Below, piece by piece: positions 43,765-43,831 of a stretch of 43,831 nucleotides of DNA. The notes beneath the pieces are model-generated. The model saw only the letters and a program-made list of their open reading frames with translations, did not search any database and had not been told where the DNA came from. Where the stretch lies: the NCBI GenBank assembly GCA_016199065.1, contig JACQHK010000047.1, forward strand, positions 1-43,831. Reading direction: 5' to 3'. The DNA is from Candidatus Microgenomates bacterium. GTDB taxonomy: Bacteria > Patescibacteriota > Microgenomatia > JACPZF01. The translations under genes and the position numbers were made by a program. Position 1 is the stretch's first letter. Every line of letters begins with the position of its first letter.

Positions 43765-43831
43765 GGAGGGTTCGCCTAACGGCATGGCACTAGTCTTGAA
43801 AACTAGCGGGAGAAATCCCTTACAGGTTCGA
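43765..43831 (+). tRNA. tRNA-Ser(TGA), truncated by the window end
   Basis: GGAGGGT start, CTAGT-CTTGAAA-ACTAG, variable arm, GGTTCGA. Confidence 0.9.

Noticed and set aside
43765-43831. Selenocysteine or opal-suppressor tRNA
   Set aside because: The anticodon is TGA (reads UCA, Ser), not TCA.

Overview
A gene-dense, AT-rich bacterial chromosome segment. Its gene content (PilN/PilO cluster, Thr/Pro-rich membrane-anchored surface proteins, divergent TPI, tRNA genes without CCA) suggests a Patescibacteria/CPR, Microgenomates-like genome; this is inference. Housekeeping genes: partial uvrD/pcrA, tpiA, LCP protein, pilN/pilO, rpsT, murJ, lepA, dnaG-rpoD, a Fur-family regulator, an aldehyde dehydrogenase, pbpC with alpha-2-macroglobulin (A2M), a YeaK-like deacylase, a NUDIX hydrolase, GH39 and GH13 enzymes, and six tRNAs (all four Ser isoacceptors, Arg-GCG, Arg-CCG). 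Four observations stand out. (1) The 2220-aa membrane-anchored A2M has its Gly-rich bait region interrupted by a 130-aa Hint domain (GG|CF...VHN|QK) with no +1 nucleophile, a possible self-cleaving, self-arming thioester protein. (2) Directly downstream, a defence locus (Type II R-M plus Shedu) is punctuated by a repeated module of a 34-bp hairpin and a degenerate copy of the last 13 A2M codons, suggesting cassette accretion at the A2M 3' end. (3) An apparently leaderless, Leu-rich 19-codon leader peptide with a terminator/antiterminator lies upstream of a YeaK-like tRNA trans-editing gene. (4) A ~117-bp structured element abuts the 3' ends of two different tRNA-Ser genes in inverted orientation. 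All alignments and counts were done by eye; no database searches were run.
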